Source: Malacoraja senta
Lineage: Eukaryota
Direction: 5' to 3'
Length of the DNA stretch: 64,000 bases
Assembly (NCBI GenBank): GCA_038087875.1
Contig: CM075988.1
Coordinates: 22,942,001-23,006,000, forward strand
Positions 15,466-28,480 of the stretch are shown here, one piece after another (the stretch's first letter is position 1; each line of letters opens with the position of its first letter). A program made the translations under genes and the position numbers. Below the pieces are notes generated by a model. That model was not told the origin of the DNA, searched no databases, and saw only the letters and a program-made list of their open reading frames with translations.

Positions 15466-16918
15466 AATGGACAATAGACAATAGGTGCAGGAGTAGGCCA
15501 TTCGGCCCTTCGAGCCAGCACCGCCATTCAATGTGAACATGGCTGATCATCCCCAATCGTCAAGTTCAAGTGAGTTTATTGTCATGTGTCCCTGATAGGA
15601 CAATGAAATTCTTGCTTTGCTTCAGCACAACAGAACATAGTAGGCATTGACTACAAGGCATTCTATAAATATATACACACATGAATCAATATACTGATCA
15701 AGTGCAAATAACAGTTAATTGGCCAATAAAGTTCAGTGTTTTGTCCGAGCCAGGTTTAGCAGCCTGATGGCTGTGGGGAAGTAGCTATTCCTGAACCTGG
15801 TCGTTGCAGTCTTCAGGCTCCTGTACCTTCTACCTGAAGGTAGTGGGGAGATGAGTGTGTGGCCAGGATGGTGTGGGTCCTTGATGATACTGCCAGCCTT
15901 TTTGAGGCAGCGACTGTGATAGATCCCCTCGATGGAAGGGAGGTCAGAGCCGATGATGGACTGGGCAGTGTTTACTACGTTTTGTAGTCTTTTCCTCTCC
16001 AGGGCGCTCAAGTTGCCGAACCAAGCCACGATGCAACGGTCAGCATGCTCTCTACTGTGCACCTGTAGAAGTTAGAGAGAGTCCTCCTTGACAAACCGAC
16101 TCTCTGTAATCTTCTCAGGAAGTAGAGGCGCTGATGAGCTTTCTTAATAATGGCATCAGTGTTCTCGGACCAGGAAAGATCTTCAGAGATGTGCACGCCC
16201 AGGAATTTGAAGCTCTTGACCCTTTCAACCATCGACCCGTTGATATAAACGGGACTGTGGGTCCCCATCCTACTCCTTCCAAAGTCCACAATCAGTTCCT
16301 TGGTTTTGCTGGTGTTGAGGGCCAGGTTATTGTGCTGGCACCATATGGACAGTTGCTTGATCTCTCTTCTATACTCTGACTCATCCCCATCCGTGATACG
16401 TCCCACAACAGTGGTGTCAGTACTCCGTTCCTGCCTTCTCCCCATATCCCTGACTCTGCTATTTTTAAGAGCCCTATCTAGCTCTCTCTTGAAAGCATCC
16501 AGAGAACCTGCCTCCACCGCCCTCTGAGGCAGAGAATTCCACACTCACCACTCTCTGTGAGAAAAAGTGTTTCCTCGTCTCCGTTCTAAATGGCTTACTC
16601 CTTATTCTTAAACTGTGGCCCCTGGTTCTGGACTCCCCCCACATCGGGAACATGTTTCCTGCCTCTAGCGTGTCCAAACCCTTAACAATCTTATATGTTT
16701 CAATGAGATAACCTCTCATCCTTCTAAACTCCAGAATGTACAAGCCCAGCTGCTCCATTCTCTCAGCATATGACTGTCCCGCCATCCCGGGAATTAACCT
16801 TGTAAACCTACGCTGCACTCCCTCAATAGCAAGAATGTCCTTCCTCAAATTAGGGGACCAAAACTGCACACAATACTCCAGGTGTGGTCTCACTAGGGCT
16901 CTGTACAACTGCAGAAGG
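15466..16918 (-). mobile_element. CR1/HER1 3' fragment with nested Rex1 insertion
   Basis: LYRALVRPHLEYCVQFWSP...IEGVQRRFTRLIPG (16474..16929); the tail (gacaata)n at 15466..15557 is split from the body by the Rex1 element. Confidence 0.9.
15559..16418 (-). mobile_element. Rex1/Babar-type LINE 3' fragment (RT C-terminus)
   Basis: DTTVVGRITDGDESEYRRE...NNLALNTSKTKELIVDF...HQRLYFLRRL...PSGRRYRSLK...RFRNSYFPTAIRLLN. Confidence 0.88.
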
Positions 16919-17284
16919 ACACCTTTCAACTGCAGCTCGATGCCCTGGTTAGCTGCATGTGCAGGTGTTAGGATTTAACACAAAGTTCTGGAGTAATTCA
17001 GCATCAGGCAGCATCTATGGACAGGTCGGGATCTGAAGAAGAAGAGTCTCGATCCAAAACCTTGCCTGACCATTTCCTCCACAGATGCTGCCTGGCCCGC
17101 TGAGTGACTCCAGCACTTTGTGATTTGCTCAAGATTCCAGCATCTGCAGTTCCTTGTGTCCTCTTGTTATATTATGTTGTGTTATAGAACCAGCACATTG
17201 ATGTTAAATAGTGTGAATGGAAAACATGCCTGAGCCCACACTATGGCAAACCTCGATAATCTGGCATGTTTAGTTTGGCACGTT

Positions 17285-17593
17285 GGTTTAGTTTTATTTA
17301 GTTGAGTTTAGAGATGCAGAGCAGAAATAGGCCCTTCGGCCCACTGAGTCCATGCCGTCCAGTGATCCCATTATGCTGGCACCATCCTACACATTTGGGA
17401 CAATTTACCAAAGCCAATTAACCTACAAACCTGTACATCTTTGGAGTGTGGGAGGAAACCGGAGCACCCGGAGAACCACCCACACGGTCACGGGGAGAAG
17501 GTACAAACTCTGTACAGACAGCACCCATGGTCGGGATCGAACCTTGGTCTCTGGCACTGTGAGGCAGTAATTCTACCGCTATGCCACCGTGCC
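17285..17593 (-). mobile_element. HE1/V-SINE
   Basis: Reverse complement of HE1 consensus. Confidence 0.85.
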
Positions 17594-17852
17594 ACTCGAT
17601 GATGATTAGATGGTGATGCCTGTGTAAGCTTTACATGACCACCAGATGTTAATTTCTATTAATACCAACATGTACCTTTAATTCACTTGTTTTGGAGGTA
17701 ACATATCATTGTAATAGGTTTTCCACGGGACCTGGTAAGAAAGGGAGCACTGGAATTAGGGTCCCAGTAAGTTGGGAGGGAATACAAGAAGCATTTGTAC
17801 ATTATCCCCATAGCTGATGCCAAACCATCAGGATTTCAGAATAGCCAGATAG

Positions 17853-18200
17853 GAGTTATCAGGCTTGGATAGAGTGGATGTGGAAAGGATATTTCCACTA
17901 GTGGGAGAGTCTAGGACTAGAGGCCATAGCCTCAGAATTAAAGGACGTTTCTCTAGGAAGAAGATGAGGAGGAATTTCTTTAGTCAGAGGGTAGTGAATC
18001 TGTGGAATTCTGTGAAGGCTGTGGAGGCCAAGTCAATAGATATTTTCAAGGCAAAGACTGATATATGCTTGATTAGGATGGGTGTCAGAGGCTATGGGGA
18101 GAAGGCAGGAGAATGGGGTTGAGAGGGAAAGATAGATCAGCCATGATTTAATGGCAGAGTAGACTTGATGGGCTGAATGGCTTAATTCCGCTATCATTTA
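17853..18200 (+). mobile_element. CR1/HER1 3' fragment
   Basis: DRVDVERIFPLVGESRTRGHSLRIKG...RVVNLWNS. Confidence 0.88.
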
Positions 18201-18229
18201 TGAGCATGAGCTTATCAATGACAGAGAGG

Positions 18230-18767
18230 CAGTCAGCACCTGCGAGAAGGAACACTTCTGAACACCAGGCATCCTCATGAACTTTGGAACCGATGGTTTG
18301 GGCAGATGAGGTGTTTAAAAATGATTGCATTATTTTAAAGCATGGCAAATATATTTAGCTTAATCATTTACAGTGCCAATAAGAAATAACATTTCAACTG
18401 GCACAAATATAACAAAACCCATTGTTTGCAAGAGGAAATAGTTTCAAAAATAATTCTACCTATGAACACCTTTCAACTGCAGCTCGAGGCCCCGGTTAGC
18501 TGCATGTGCAGGTGTTAGGATTTAACACAAAGTTCTGGAGTAACTCAGCAAGTCAGGCAGCATCTGTGGACAGGTGAAGTTCCTGGTCGGGACCTGAAGA
18601 AGAAGAAGTCTCGATCCAAAACCTTACTTGACCATTCCCTCCACAGATGCTGCCTGGCCCGCTGAGTGACTCCAGCACTTTGTGTTTTGCTCAAGATTCC
18701 AGCATCTGCAGTTCCTTGTGTCTTCTTGTTATATTATGTTGTGTTATAGAACCAGCCCATTGATGTT
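18230..18767. repeat. Local ~540-bp direct duplication of 15226..15465 + 16919..17205
   Basis: Colinear high identity; the upstream copy is split by the CR1/Rex1 insertion. Confidence 0.92.
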
Positions 18768-19674
18768 GAGTTTGTGTTGAGTTTAGTTTATTCTCAGTGA
18801 AGAGCTTTTGTTGCGTGCTAACCAGTCAGTGGATAGACAATACATGATTACAATTGAGCTGTCCACAGTGTACAGATACATGATAATGGGAATAGCATGA
18901 ATAACGTATAGTGCAAGATAAAGTCCAGTAAAGCCCAATCAAAGATAGTCCGAGGGTCTCCAATGAAGTAGTTAGTAGTTCGGAACTGCTCTCTGGTTGT
19001 GGTAGGATGGTTCAGTTGCCTGATAATCAGTTGCCAGTATAAACCGTCCCTGAATCTGGAGGTGTGCGTTTTCATACTTCTGTACCTTTTGCCCGATGGG
19101 AGAGAAAGATTAGAAGAATGAAGAGTGTCCTTATTGAAATGTGTAAGGTGCAAAAGGAGCAAGTCACAAAATGCTGGAGTAACTCAGCGGGTCAGACAGC
19201 ATCTCAGGAGGAAAGGAATAGGTGACGTTTGTGGGTCGAGCCCCTTCTTCAGACTAAAGGAGCATGTCAGGGTGGATGTGAGTGGAACAGTCATGCTACC
19301 CATGTTCCAATCCTGACCTTGGATTCTGACTATGTGGAGTTTGCACGTTCTCCCTGTGACCACATGGATTTATCTGATTATTCCAGTTCCCTCCCAAAGA
19401 CGTGTGGGTTGATTGGTTACTCAAACATTGTAAATAGTGGATCGGTGTGTGGTAGAAACTGGGGAGAGTGTGGGGAGAATAATAAGCAAAGGGATTGATG
19501 TAGGATTAGTGTATATGGGTGGTTGGTCGTTGGCATGGACCTAATGGGCTGAATGGCCTGTAACTGTGCTGTATCTCTCTATGGCTCACGAAAAATATTT
19601 CATGGAAATATAAACCAGATATTAAAACCCAAAACACCATTGTGTGCTTGAGATTGTATAATGTGAAATGCTGA

Positions 19675-20545
<871 letters not shown>

Positions 20546-22171
20546 TTAGTATTCGGGTTGTAAGCACGTTGCCATTTATTGTCAAGGGAACAAAAAAAAA
20601 GAATATCATGTTTCTTAAAATGCTTCATTGCCAAGCGCGTCATTGCCAATTATGCAGATTTGAAGTTGAGGATTGGAACCTTATAGCACGGGTGGTACGG
20701 TGGTGCAGCGGTATAGTTCCTGCCTTACAGCGCTTGCAGCGCCGGAGACCCGGGTTCGATACCGACCACGGCTGCTGCCTGTACGGAGTTTGTACGTTCT
20801 TCTCGTGACTGCGTGGGTTTTCTCCGAGATCTTTGGTTTCCTCCCACACTCCAAAGCCGTATGGGTTTGTAGGTTAAATGGCTTGGTAAATGTAAAATAA
20901 AATAGTTCCTAGTATGACAATAGACAAAAGACAATAGACAATAGGTGCAGTACGAGAGTAGGCCATTCGGCCCTTCGAGCCAGCACCACCATTCAATGTG
21001 ATCATGGCTGATCATCCACAATCAATACCCCGTTCCTGCCTTCTCCCCATATTCCTTGACTCCCTTGAGTGAAGGATTGTGTTAATATGCGGGGATCATT
21101 GGTCGGTGCGGGCTTGGTGGGCCGAAGGGCCTGTTTCCGCGCTGCATCTCTAAACAGAACGAAACACAATGAACAAAACTGTAATCCACTATATTCCTTA
21201 CCTAGTTTTACCAAATGTGTGATTTTCTACCACATCAAAGAACCTCACGTTGAATTAGACACAAAATGCTGGAGGAACTCAGCGGGACAGGCAGCATCTG
21301 AAATGCCACCAATTCCTTCTCTCCAGAGATGCTGCCTGTCCCTTTGAGTTACTCCAGCATTTTGTGTCTTTCTTCAGTTTAAACCAGCATCTGCAGTTCC
21401 TTCCCTCACATTGAATTAGTACCTCCACCAATGTAAAGCACTTTGGCCAACGAGAGTTGTTTTTTAAATGTGCTATAGAAATAAAAGTGACTTGACTTGA
21501 CTTGAATTAATTACTTTCAATTGCAATGCAGTTAATAAGTCATTTATCTTTCTTTGGAGCTGGAAACCTCTGCTGAGAACACAATCATTTAATAATTTAG
21601 AAAAAGAACTAATGAGTTTATTTTGTTTTATCCCACAACAGATTCAGGAGACAGACTTCATTGTGTGAATCAATTTTATTGAGAAATAGGTCTAAAGTTT
21701 ATGGAGCTTTAAATGACATGAATTATTTTAACACACCTTTCTTTGAACAATAAACAGCGCACAATAACAAAAGAGACGGCATGAATGCTCAGACATCTGT
21801 AAAAGGCTCACCTGGTGAATTAACCTCATCATTGCACATATTACACCGCATCACAAGAGGTTATGGTCCTTCCAGTAATGGGAGAGTCCAGAACCAGAGG
21901 GCACAGCCTCAGAATGAAAGGACGTAGCTTTAGAATGGAGGAGAGAAGGAATTATTTTAGCCAGAGGCTGGTGAATCTGTGGAATTTCTTGCCACAGACG
22001 GCTGTGGAGGCCAAGTGATTGGGTATTTTTTAAACGGAGATTGAACACACATTGAACTTTTATTTCTCGTTTATCACATTGTTTACAGTGTACTATGTTT
22101 ACATATTCTGTTCTGCTGCTGCAAGTATGAATTTCATTGTTCTATCTGGGACATATGACAATAAAACACGC

Positions 22172-22398
22172 TTGGAGAAACTCAGCGGATGAGGCAGCAT
22201 CTATGGAGAGAAGGAATAGGTGACGTTTCGGGTCGAGACCCTTCTTCAGATTGGCTCAGGCTCATCAGTCTGAAGAAGGGTCTCGACCCGAAACGTCACC
22301 TATTCCTTCGCTCCATAGATGCTGCCTCACCCTCTGAGTTTCTCCAGCATTTTTGTCTACCTTCAATTTTTCCAGCATCTGCAGTTCCTTCTTAAACA
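22172..22398. mobile_element. Inverted pair of Penelope-derived pLTR fragments with minimal hammerhead motifs on both strands
   Basis: Plus-strand cagt-CTGAAGA-aGGGTCtcGACCC-GAAAC-GTC-acc at 22266..22300, mirrored by its reverse complement at ~22219..22250. Confidence 0.8.
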
Positions 22399-22577
22399 TA
22401 AAACACTCTTGACTCTCTTGACTCTTGATAGGTTCTTGATTAGAAAAGGCGTCAAAGGTTACAGGGAGCATTCAGGAGGATGGAGTTGAGGAGGAAAAAT
22501 AGATCAGCTATGATTGATCGGCGAAGTAGACTGGATGTGCTGAGTGGGCTCATTCTATTCCTATGTCTTATGGTCTG

Positions 22578-22938
22578 ATAGAAACATAGAAACATAGAAA
22601 CATAGAAAATAGGTGCAGGAGTAGGCCATTCGGCCCTTCGAGCCTGCACCGCCATTCAATATGATCATGGCTGATCATCCAACTCAGTATCCTGTACCTG
22701 CCTTCTCTCCATACCCCCTGATCCCTTTAGCCACAAGGGCCACATCTAACTCCCTCTTAAATATAGCCAATGAACTGGCCTCAACTACCTTCTGTGGCAG
22801 AGAATTCCACAGATTCACCACTCTCTGTGTGAACAAAAAAAAAATCTCATCTCGGTCCTAAAAGACTTCCCCCTTATCCTTAAACTGTGACCCCTTGTTC
22901 TGGACTTCCCCAACATCGGGAACAATCTTCTTGCATCT
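22578..22938 (-). mobile_element. CR1/HER1 3' fragment with (tttctatg)n tail
   Basis: CR1 3' consensus on the minus strand. Confidence 0.87.
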
Positions 22939-23661
22939 GATGGTCTGATGGTCGTATATACTGTAGTTCAGTTCAGGATGGCTGGGACCATCCCCTTAGG
23001 TATGTTCAGGACCACACTGACATCCCAGATTTGGGTGTACCTAGGTCTAGGGGGGTTGGAAGTTAAAGCTGATTAACATTTGTCAGATGTGGTTCTGACC
23101 CATCAAAATCAGTTGTGGAATTGTTTGGAACTTGTGCGATCGTCTTGGTTGATCCTGCAGCGTGGAGAATGTGACCTCCTTTGGCTGAGTGGTGAACAAG
23201 GGCAGTGTGTGAACACGATGACTTTTGATTACATAGCTATTTAAAGGGATTAGACACAAACACACTGTGATAAACCAGCAGACAAAACCTCACATGTAGG
23301 TCCCTAATACATATTTATTTAACCATATCCATTCATTCAACAATACAAAAAAACCAACCTCAGTTGGGGATGCATTAACTCATCCCGTGATATATCACAT
23401 TAGGCAAATGATTGAAACTATTTAGTGTGGTAGGGCAGCTGTATTTACTACAAAGCAAACTTTAAAAGGTCTATCATCCAGAATTATTTGTTCCTTTGGG
23501 CACTAGAGCCATGAACACTCTAGTGTCCATTATGTGGCACTAATCAAACTCGGGACCAGGCAAGAGAATCAAAGTTATGTAGAACTTATACCACTGAGAG
23601 GTTGAAGTAAATCACAATTAAAACACAAAGTACTTGTGCTATAAACTCCAGGATAAGCACT

Positions 23662-23743
23662 GGAGACAACAACCTGGCTGCTCAACACCCGGCTTGAGAT
23701 CTAACTATTCCTTTGGTTTATGTTTCATTCGCAAGAAGAAGAA
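23662..23743 (+). mobile_element. Vingi/Ingi-like LINE extreme 3' fragment
   Basis: ETTTWLLNTRLEI* followed by ttcattcgcaagaagaagaag; same family as 30209 and 55101. Confidence 0.65.
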
Positions 23744-23838
23744 GGATAAGCGCTCAACTAAGAAAACCAAGCCCAAAGCCAAAGTTTCATCTAACTATCT
23801 AACTGAATATGCCAACTCATACTAAGGACAATAAAGAA

Positions 23839-24686
23839 AGGGGCTGTCCCACTGCAGGGACCTAATCTGCGACTTTAGAAGAGTTTGCCCTCGACTCAAA
23901 CTCGCAGCATGGTCGACACGTGGTCCTAGGAGGTCCTATGAGGTCACTGGAACTCCCCTTCATGCTCGAGGGAATGTTCCCGCATACCCGCGGCCTCAGT
24001 TTGGTCGAGGAAAAATTTTCAGCATGTTGAAAAAATTTCCGCGAGTAAAAATTGGTCGGCATTGTTCTTTTGAACTCGTAGTGCAGTGGAGTGGGATTGC
24101 TACATAGTTACAGGCAGTCGAGGGCAGCCGTAGGCAATCTCCTTCGCTGACCAGGCATTTTAATTGGCTCTTTGGAGTTTTCAGGACCAAGGAAAACCGA
24201 CCGGTAAGTTAAATGCCCGTTAAACTTTATTATAAGTTGTCTGGCTTCTTAAAAGTGTCTCCACTCCTTCTCCCCCCTTCTGCACTCCTTCTCTCCCCTT
24301 CTCTCCCCTTCTCCCCCCTTTTCCCCCCTTCTCTCCCCTTATCTACCCTTCTCTCCCCTTCTCTCCCCTTCTCTTCCCTTCTCTCCCCCTCTCTCCCCCT
24401 CTCTCCCCACCCACCCCCCCCCTCCGCGCTCTCTAAAGGACTTACCGTACACTGTGCAGCCATCTTTAACTTCCTCTTCATCGCGGGTGTGAATTTCAGA
24501 CAGTTCTCCCCCGCTTTCCCTGGCCCCCGCCTTTGCGATGTGTGTGTGTGTGTGTGTGTGGTCGGTCGTTCCAGCTCGCGGTTTCATCGCTGATGGTCGA
24601 TCCAGCTCGAGGTTTTCCAGGCGAGTGCCCTCAAGCTTGAAGGTCGAAGGCACTCGCTGAAAGGTCGCGTCAGTGGGACAGGCCCT
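23839..24686. mobile_element. Second copy of the Harbinger-like MITE, inverted relative to 19675..20545
   Basis: Same TIRs (AGGGGCTGTCCCACTG) and same internal sequence in reverse complement; followed by TAA. Confidence 0.82.
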
Positions 24687-26176
24687 TAACTCTGCCGGCA
24701 AGAAAACCGTTACCTACATGTTAACCAGCTCTTAAAAAAAACTAATCATATAGATGGAAGTATTACGGAACTTATGGGCCGACCAGCTGAGAACGTGAGT
24801 GGAAAGGGAAAGGAGATTAATGTCTAGGAAGGAACTGCAGATGCTGGTTTAAACCGGAGATGGGTACAACATGCTGGAGTCACTCAGTGGGTCAGACAGC
24901 ATCTCTGGAGAAAAGGAATAGATTGAAATAGATTGACGGTTTGGGTCAAGACAACTTCTTCAGATGATGGGTTAGGATGAAGGTGCATCAATTCCTGCAC
25001 TGTTCTTTGTGTCGAATCATCTGCTTTTCAAATTATGCATTCTGCGGAATTGTTCGTGATCATTGTTATTCTTCTCAGCATAAAGTGACATCCCGGCTAT
25101 GCTTATTGATCACTGTTTGGCGAATAGAACTTCACAACTGAACACCAGTACATTATAAATATAGACTAAGAAAGCCAATGATAAAAAAAAATGACTTACA
25201 GAAAGCCCCTCACAATGTCCAACTGGCTGCTCCGTAACTGAAGACATTCTTTTGCTGACACAAAGAACTGCAGACGCTGGTAAATGAAAAAGGTGCTGGA
25301 GGAACTCAACGGGTCAGGCAGCATCTCTAGAGAATGGGACGCTTCTTCAGAAACTGACAAGTTCAATTTTCACCAGCGTGCAGCTGAATCCCATGTCCTA
25401 CTCCAATTGTTTTCCTTCAAGCTTTGGATTTATCTCTTTACGTGTCTTCGTACCTTACACATTTAATGTTCTCTCTGCCTAATGTTGCCCTGTATCCATC
25501 ATCTTCGGGAATGCTCCTCTTTGTCTCATTCCTAAGATCAAATAAGTCACTGCGATTAACATAACCAGAAATATATTACACCGAATGTAAATGTCATGCT
25601 TCTGACAGACTTTTTAAATTGCAAAATCCTTAATCTCTTCACACCTGCATCCTTCAAGTATTCTATCTCATTGGTTGGAGTCAGTGGATACGGTCTGATT
25701 AGTATAATCTTCTCACGGTTTGCTGAAACTTGAATTGCCTTTAGCAAGTTTTTTCTTACTTGTTGGAGTGCATAAGCAACCAATTCCTTTTACAAACTAA
25801 TTAACGTGCAAAGATAACGTGTCTGCCTTCTGCTCAGAGAGGTGGGAAAAGGCCATTCAATCCCTCCAGTGGCCTGCCATTCAAGGTGATTGTGCCTGAT
25901 CTGTTTTCTGACTCCATTTACTTGGCCTTTGCCAGGAATGCCAAATGCCTTGGGTTAACCAACTTCGACGAAGCTCAAATAGAAATGTGACAATTATCGT
26001 CACATACTGTACTCAATTTCAACTCAAATAACGGAAATAATACTTACTATGACATTCTTTTCAATTGAATCTGTCTGTATGATCCAAAACATCAATCTAT
26101 ACATGCTCATCAACTGTAATATTGCCCTTATATTCAATTCACAATCTCCAAACCTAATATTTAACTAATGTCCTAC

Positions 26177-26464
26177 TTTAGTTTAGTTTAGAGATACAGT
26201 GCAGACCAGCACCAGGTCCATGCCGCCCAGCCATCCCCGTACACTATACTACACACTAGGGGCCATTTACAATCTTTGCCGAGGCCAATTATCCTACAAT
26301 CCTGTACGTCTTTGGAGTGTGGGAGGAAACCAGAGATCTTGGAGAAAACCCACGCAGGTCACAAGGAGAACGTACAAACTCCGTACAGACAGCACCTGCA
26401 GTCAGGATCGAACCCGGGCCTCTGGTGCTGTAAGACAGCAACTCTACCGCTGTGCCACCGTGCT
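26177..26464 (-). mobile_element. HE1/V-SINE
   Basis: Reverse complement of HE1 consensus. Confidence 0.87.
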
Positions 26465-28186
26465 GTCTTATGAAGCTCCTATGCAGCTACCGAATATTGG
26501 AAGCCACCTGTGGAACCTTTCATCCCCAACTCTGCCGAAGACGAGTGGGCACAGCTTTAAAGTCAGAGGGGGGAAAGTTTAGAGGAGATGTGCTGGATAA
26601 GCTTTTTACACAGAGGATTCTGGGTGCCTGGAACGCACTGCCAGTGGTGGTGGTGGTGGAAGCAGTTAAAACAGTCGCATTGTAGTAGGCTTTTAGATAG
26701 GCTCATGGATGGGCAGGAAATGGAGGGTTTTGCATCACATGCAGGCAGAACGGATTAATTTGTCATTGCATTTGGCACAGGCATTTGTTCTATATTCTAA
26801 GTTCTTTTCATAGTATTGGAACCTGAGGGGAAATTTATTTTCACACAGAGGTTGGTGGGTATATGGAATGAGCTGCCAGAGGAGGTAGTTGAGGCAGTTA
26901 CGTGGATTGGAAAGAGGGATATAGGCCAAAAGCAGGTATTGGGGACTAGTGTAGATGGGGGATCTTAGCTGGCATGGGCAAGTTAGGCTAAAGGGCCTGT
27001 TTCCGTGCTATATGATTACATGACTGTTGAAAAACATAACAAGTAATGCTACAAAAGGTCACAAAAAACATGACGAGTGATGCTTTGGAAATGTCACAAA
27101 GTGCTGGAGTAATTCAGCATCTCTGGAGAACAAGGCTGAGTGGCGTTTTGGGTCGAGACCCTTCTTCCGTCTGATGCCTTGTGTCGTATATTAACCAGAT
27201 CTGCAGTTCCTTGTTTCTACTTGATGTTTTACAAAATCTTGGCTCTTCTGATCTTTTTGGGAGCCACGTGAGTGTTTGGAGTTGGATGTAACCCTTCTTG
27301 GGATATGGCACATTAGTAATGTTAACAGCGCTAATCGGTGTAATAAAAGTGGGGAGGTTTAGTAGGTATACCAATTAAACAAGGAAAATAATTTTACAAG
27401 CTAGTCATCAGCAATTAGCGTGGAAATCTTTCATTTCCAAGTTTTATTTAATGTTGTTTTGCCTCTGGAAAGATATCGTTAAAATGATGATGGCTGAGCA
27501 AATGGTTTCACAATCTCTATGTCTGCTGGGAGTGTTTCATCTGCTGGCTGTGACACCTGGAGTTTTATCAAATGTTGTTGAATTAAACGTGTTCTGCAAC
27601 TGTGGCACCTCCTGCTTGTCAGCACAATAAACAATTAGAACCGGCCTCTCTTTATCTGGCATCGAACCGAAAGCCACAAATGCAGGAAATCTGCAATAAA
27701 AACAGTATCAGACAGGTACTCGAAATTTCAAAACACTCGCCTGACAGTTGAACAGACATACATTAATTGATATAAAATTTTTAATGGCACACATCATTTT
27801 GCTCATTACATTTACCGGGATGTTTAAATACATCATCTGTTTTTATTGATGATTGCTTAAAAAAATATACACATCTCAGTGTAATTCATCCACTTTGTTA
27901 CTGTGTACATTGTCATTCGTTGCACACAAAGGTGTTTTGAGCAGTATGGGTTGCAGCCAAACGGCATGCAATTTGTACCGAAGCCTCGAGCTCCCAGTCC
28001 AACAGTTAACATTTTATTGTCTAGGGTCCTTATGAGTTTCGCCCCGCAGCGGTTACATCACAGAGCGCTCTGTAATCTATGGGCTGTTCCCCAGGAAGCT
28101 GCAACTGCTGCCGCAAATCATTAACTCGGTGAAATGTGAACTTTCTTCGCTGCTTAAAGAAATTCGGCATGTCACCGAATATTAGA

Positions 28187-28480
28187 CGGCGCGGTGGCGC
28201 AGCAGCGGTAGAGTTGCTGCCCTGCAGCGCCAGAGACCCAGGTTCGATCCTGACTACAGGTGCCGTCTGTATGGAGTTTGTACGTTCTCCCTGTGACCGC
28301 GTGGATTTTCACCAGGGGAAGAAGGTATAGGACGTACAGGTTTTGTAGGTTAATTGGCTTGGTATAAATGTACATTGTCCCCAGTGAGTCTGTGTAGGAT
28401 AGCGTTGGTGCGCAGGGATCGTTGGTCGGCACGGATTCGGTGGGCCGAAAGGCCCGTTTCCGTGCTGTATCTCTAAACTA
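28187..28480 (+). mobile_element. HE1/V-SINE inserted in a degraded Rex1-type fragment (~28135..29050, +)
   Basis: Rex1-type reading FLRCLKKFGMSP resumes after the SINE (aacttctacagatgcactgtagagaat, NFYRCTVE). Confidence 0.8.

Noticed and set aside
25200..25247. Minus-strand ATG...TCT|GTAAGT mini-exon (MSSVTEQPVGHCEGLS)
   Set aside because: A strong donor alone is expected by chance; no downstream exon found
25556..25783. 75-aa minus-strand ORF in unique sequence
   Set aside because: No recognisable homology, no ATG start, no convincing splice sites or partner exons
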